Source: Polyangiales bacterium | GTDB lineage: Bacteria; Myxococcota_A; Polyangia; Polyangiales; Polyangiaceae | Length of the DNA: 64,000 bases | NCBI GenBank assembly: GCA_038230375.1 | Contig: JBBRNJ010000021.1 | Span: 32,001 to 96,000 of the forward strand | Direction: 5' to 3' | In this document: piece by piece, positions 60,777-64,000 of the stretch | Numbering within the stretch: the stretch's first letter is position 1 | Layout: every line of letters begins with the position of its first letter | The notes under the pieces: model-generated | Told to the model about the DNA's origin: nothing | The model's input: only the letters and a program-made list of their open reading frames with translations | Databases searched by the model: none | Position numbers and translations under genes: made by a program

Positions 60777-61904
60777 TCATGGCACCGCCGTCAACGCCTC
60801 CAGAAGAGGCGCCAGTGTTCTCTTTCCGTCCTTGTGTGGATCCACGGGATCGGGAATCGATTGGAGTACTTGTATGGAGGTCGCGTCTCCGAGGACGCGT
60901 CGCAGGTCATGAAGCTCGCCCTGTGCCTCCGCGACGAGTGGGTGAAACACGCCGAACGCGCGCGCCATCGTGGCGCCGATTGCCAGGAACCGGAACGCGC
61001 TCTGTTGCAAGCTGTCCGACCATCCGGCTCGCGTGACCAAGAAGTCCGAGAGTCGGAGCCCTGACCGTTCCTTCACCACGTCCGCTTTTCCAAGGTTGCT
61101 GAGCTCCGTCATTTCGCGGCGCTCGTCTCGTGAGAAAAGCTCCACGTTGTCCGGTGTGCAGGCCTCGATGGCGCGGGCGAGGTGAAGTCGAAACAGCCCC
61201 TGACGAAGCTCCGCAACGGGCCCCCAACGGGAGGTCGGCGCCCTCTGAACCAGCTCCACCCGGAAACGCAGCTGCAGCTTCACCGCGTCCAGCAGGAGTG
61301 AGTGCACGAATCCACTTCGGCCCACGGCTTCAGGCCAAGTTATGTGGTCGTAGAGATCTGCCAGGGTCTTCGCGGGGCAGTTGCCAGTTTCTTCATCCGG
61401 CCAGATAGCGACGAACTCTTGCGTCAGCTCGACGTACTTGGCTTCACCGAAGATCTCCTCGTGAACGCTGTCGAAGCGCACTCCCGTTATCCACATTCGA
61501 TCGCCAGCCTCGGCGGCCTGGCGATACCAGTTCAAGTGCCTCCATGAGCCCGATGGACTACGGCGTCCAAGCATGGCGAGGGCCTCGAGCGTGGCAAGGC
61601 TTCCCGGGTCCATCGTGGCGACACGCCGTTCAATCTCCCCGAGCGAGAGCCCCGCCAGGAACTCGATCTCCGGGCGATTGGCGAGCGCAATGCATCCCGC
61701 CCCTTCCCGAAAGACGCCCTGCACACAATCAGGAGTTGCGAGTCCTTGCTCCAGCGCGACCCACGGCGCCTTCAGCCGGCCCGGTTCGGCGGTTGGGGCC
61801 GAGGATGCGCGCCTCGCCTGCGGCGGGGACTTCGCGCAACCGACGAACAGCCCGAGGACGCAGAGAAGCGTGAACACACGCAGGACCGATCGGGAGCCGA
61901 TCAC
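60777..61904 (-). CDS. Orphan helical lipoprotein, paralog B
   Basis: Lipobox FVGC; start uncertain (GTG 61904 or 61877). Confidence 0.7.
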   Translation of the reverse strand: MIGSRSVLRVFTLLCVLGLFVGCAKSPPQARRASSAPTAEPGRLKAPWVALEQGLATPDCVQGVFREGAGCIALANRPEIEFLAGLSLGEIERRVATMDPGSLATLEALAMLGRRSPSGSWRHLNWYRQAAEAGDRMWITGVRFDSVHEEIFGEAKYVELTQEFVAIWPDEETGNCPAKTLADLYDHITWPEAVGRSGFVHSLLLDAVKLQLRFRVELVQRAPTSRWGPVAELRQGLFRLHLARAIEACTPDNVELFSRDERREMTELSNLGKADVVKERSGLRLSDFLVTRAGWSDSLQQSAFRFLAIGATMARAFGVFHPLVAEAQGELHDLRRVLGDATSIQVLQSIPDPVDPHKDGKRTLAPLLEALTAVP

Positions 61905-61968
61905 CAGAGAAGCCCTCTCGGCGCAATGCGAGCTTGAGGAGTTCGCGCGGTGCCAGCCCCCACAGGGC

Positions 61969-63483
61969 TTACTTCGTGGACGGGAAGCTGAACATCGCGC
62001 CTTCGCGGACGCCGGCGGAGGGCCAGCGTTGTGTGATGGTCTTTCGCTTCGTGTAGAAGCGCACCGCGTCCGGACCGTAGGCGTGGAGATCGCCGAAGAG
62101 CGAGCGCTTCCAGCCGCCGAACGAGTGGTACGCGACAGGGACGGGGAGGGGCACGTTGATGCCGACCATGCCGACCAGGATGTGATCGGAGAAGTAGCGC
62201 GCGGCCTCACCGTCGCGCGTGAAGATGCATGTGCCGTTGCCGTACTCGTGATCGTTGATGAGCTTCATGGCCTCTTCGAGCGTCTTCACGCGCATGACGC
62301 CAAGCACCGGTCCGAAGATCTCTTCCTTGTACGTGACCATGTTCGGCTTCACGTTGTCGAAGAGGCACGCGCCCATGAAGTAGCCATTCTCGTGGCCTGG
62401 GACCTTCACGCCGCGTCCGTCGACCACGAGCGTTGCGCCTTCCTTCACGCCCTGCTCCACATAGCCCTTCACCTTCTCGAAGTGCGGCTTGGTGACCAGC
62501 GGGCCCATGTCGTTCTTGGCGTCCGTGCCGGGGCCGACCTTCATCTTCGCGATCTCGGTCTTGAGTCCCGCGACCACAGCGTCGGCCGTCGCGTCGCCCA
62601 CGCAGACGACGATCGGGATGGCCATGCAGCGCTCGCCGCACGAGCCGTACGCCGCGCCCATGAGCGCGGTCACTGCGTTGCCGATGTCCGCGTCCGGCAT
62701 GACCACCGCGTGGTTCTTCGCGCCGCCGAGCGCCTGGATGCGCTTGCCCTTCGCGCAGCCGCGCGAATAGATGTATTCTGCAATCGCCGTGGAGCCCACG
62801 AAGCTGATGGCGTGCACGCGCGCATCATCCAGCAGCGTGTCCACCGCTTCCTTGTCGCCGTTGACCACGTTGAGGACGCCCGGCGGCAGGCCAGCTTCCA
62901 GCGCGAGCTGGGAGACGAGCAGCGCGCTCGAGGGGTCTCGCTCTGACGGCTTCAGCACGAACGTGTTGCCGCATGCGACGGCCATGGGCCACATCCACAT
63001 GGGGACCATGACCGGGAAGTTGAACGGCGTGATGCCCGCGCAGACGCCGAGCGGCTGGAACTCGCTCCATGAGTCGATGCCGGGGCCGACGTTGCGCGCG
63101 TACTCGCCCTTCAAGAGCTCGGTGACGTAGGACGCGTACTCCACGTTCTCGATGCCGCGCTGGAGCTCGCCCATGGCGTCGCCCGCGACCTTGCCGTGCT
63201 CGGCCGTGAGCAGCGAAGTGATCTTCTCTGCGTTCTTCTCGAGCAGGACCTTCAGGTTGCTCATCACGCGCGCGCGCTTCAGCGGCGCGGTCGCGCGCCA
63301 CGCGGGGTACGCCTTCTCGGCGGAGGCGATGGCCATGTTGACGGTCTCGCGGTCGGCGAGCTGCAGCGTCTTCTCCGCAGTGCCGGTCGCCGGGTTCCAC
63401 ACCTCCTGCGAACGCGTGCCGCCGTTCACGTTCTTGCCGTCAATCCAGTGGCCAATCGAAGGGAGGGTCTGCGGGGTCGTCAT
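61969..63483 (-). CDS. mmsA: CoA-acylating (methyl)malonate-semialdehyde dehydrogenase
   Basis: GITPFNFP, KPSERDP, GGAKNH, GERCMA, EEIFGPV, GINVPLPVP. Confidence 0.95.
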   Translation of the reverse strand: MTTPQTLPSIGHWIDGKNVNGGTRSQEVWNPATGTAEKTLQLADRETVNMAIASAEKAYPAWRATAPLKRARVMSNLKVLLEKNAEKITSLLTAEHGKVAGDAMGELQRGIENVEYASYVTELLKGEYARNVGPGIDSWSEFQPLGVCAGITPFNFPVMVPMWMWPMAVACGNTFVLKPSERDPSSALLVSQLALEAGLPPGVLNVVNGDKEAVDTLLDDARVHAISFVGSTAIAEYIYSRGCAKGKRIQALGGAKNHAVVMPDADIGNAVTALMGAAYGSCGERCMAIPIVVCVGDATADAVVAGLKTEIAKMKVGPGTDAKNDMGPLVTKPHFEKVKGYVEQGVKEGATLVVDGRGVKVPGHENGYFMGACLFDNVKPNMVTYKEEIFGPVLGVMRVKTLEEAMKLINDHEYGNGTCIFTRDGEAARYFSDHILVGMVGINVPLPVPVAYHSFGGWKRSLFGDLHAYGPDAVRFYTKRKTITQRWPSAGVREGAMFSFPSTK

Positions 63484-63584
63484 GGTCGTGCTCACAGCTC
63501 TTGAGGGGATGAAACCGGGCGTTCCATAGCATTGTGCCACATCCGCGCCAGCGGAATGGCCGCCTTGGGTTACACTAGATGGAG

Positions 63585-64000
63585 ATGAGTGACGGGACCG
63601 CAACGCGGGTGCTCGTGGGCGTGCTCGCGCTCGCGGCTTGCGGGCCTTCTGACCCTCGCTCGGAGCACGTGGGGACCGTCGCGTCGTCCATTGTTGGTGG
63701 CACGGACGACAGCGGTGATCCCGCGGTCGTTGCGATCGTGAGTGACACCGTGGGTCTCACGCTCTGCTCCGGCACGCTCGTCGGGCCGCGTGCGGTGCTC
63801 ACGGCGGGGCACTGCAACTTCACCAAGATCACGGCCCGCTTCGGCGCGGATGTCAGCGCGCCCGAGCGCAAGATCGCGGTCACGAAGACCGTGCAGCATC
63901 CGAAGTACACGGCCATGGGCGCGCCTTACGACTTTGCGCTGCTGGAGCTGGAGACGCCCATCACGGACATCGCTCCGCTCACGCTTCGCGCCGCGCCGCT
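63585..64000 (+). CDS. Trypsin-like (S1) serine protease lipoprotein, 5' part
   Basis: Not in ORF track; hand translation gives lipobox LAAC, SSIVGG, CSGTL, LTAGHC, HPKY, YDFALLEL; runs off window. Confidence 0.92.
   Translation, partial: MSDGTATRVLVGVLALAACGPSDPRSEHVGTVASSIVGGTDDSGDPAVVAIVSDTVGLTLCSGTLVGPRAVLTAGHCNFTKITARFGADVSAPERKIAVTKTVQHPKYTAMGAPYDFALLELETPITDIAPLTLRAAP

Overview
High-GC bacterial DNA, most likely from a Polyangiaceae-like myxobacterium. This is inferred from the AgmX/PglI-type C-terminal domain protein, the ECF/FecR-TPR trio and many Gly/Asp-linker lipoproteins. Bases 1-32.6 kb hold a near-complete divergent flagellar cluster. The left arm carries two sigma54 activators, flbD-motA-motB, two unknown envelope genes, flgG-A-H-I-J-M-N-K-L, csrA and a Maf-type flagellin glycosyltransferase. 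The right arm carries flgBC-fliEFGHIJ-flgDE-fliLMNOPQR-flhBAF-fliA-flgF. At least eight -24/-12 sigma54 motifs occur in the cluster, five of them 13-14 nt before a start codon. flhG and fliK are missing from their usual positions, no fliW flanks csrA, and FliM lacks the CheY-binding N-terminus. Bases 32.6-64 kb are accessory: a c-type cytochrome lipoprotein/DUF347 operon; a coupled pair of large secreted proteins resembling a split vitellogenin/MTP-like lipid-transfer protein; IS3 remnants; MarR with an MBL hydrolase; a serpin; a putative organoarsenical operon (metallophosphoesterase fused to an ArsI-like vicinal-Cys VOC domain, a CMD/AhpD protein and a flavin monooxygenase); an ECF sigma/anti-sigma module; two paralogous orphan lipoproteins; mmsA; and a trypsin-like protease. 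No rRNA, tRNA or CRISPR array was seen. All family calls come from motif recognition by eye, not database searches.
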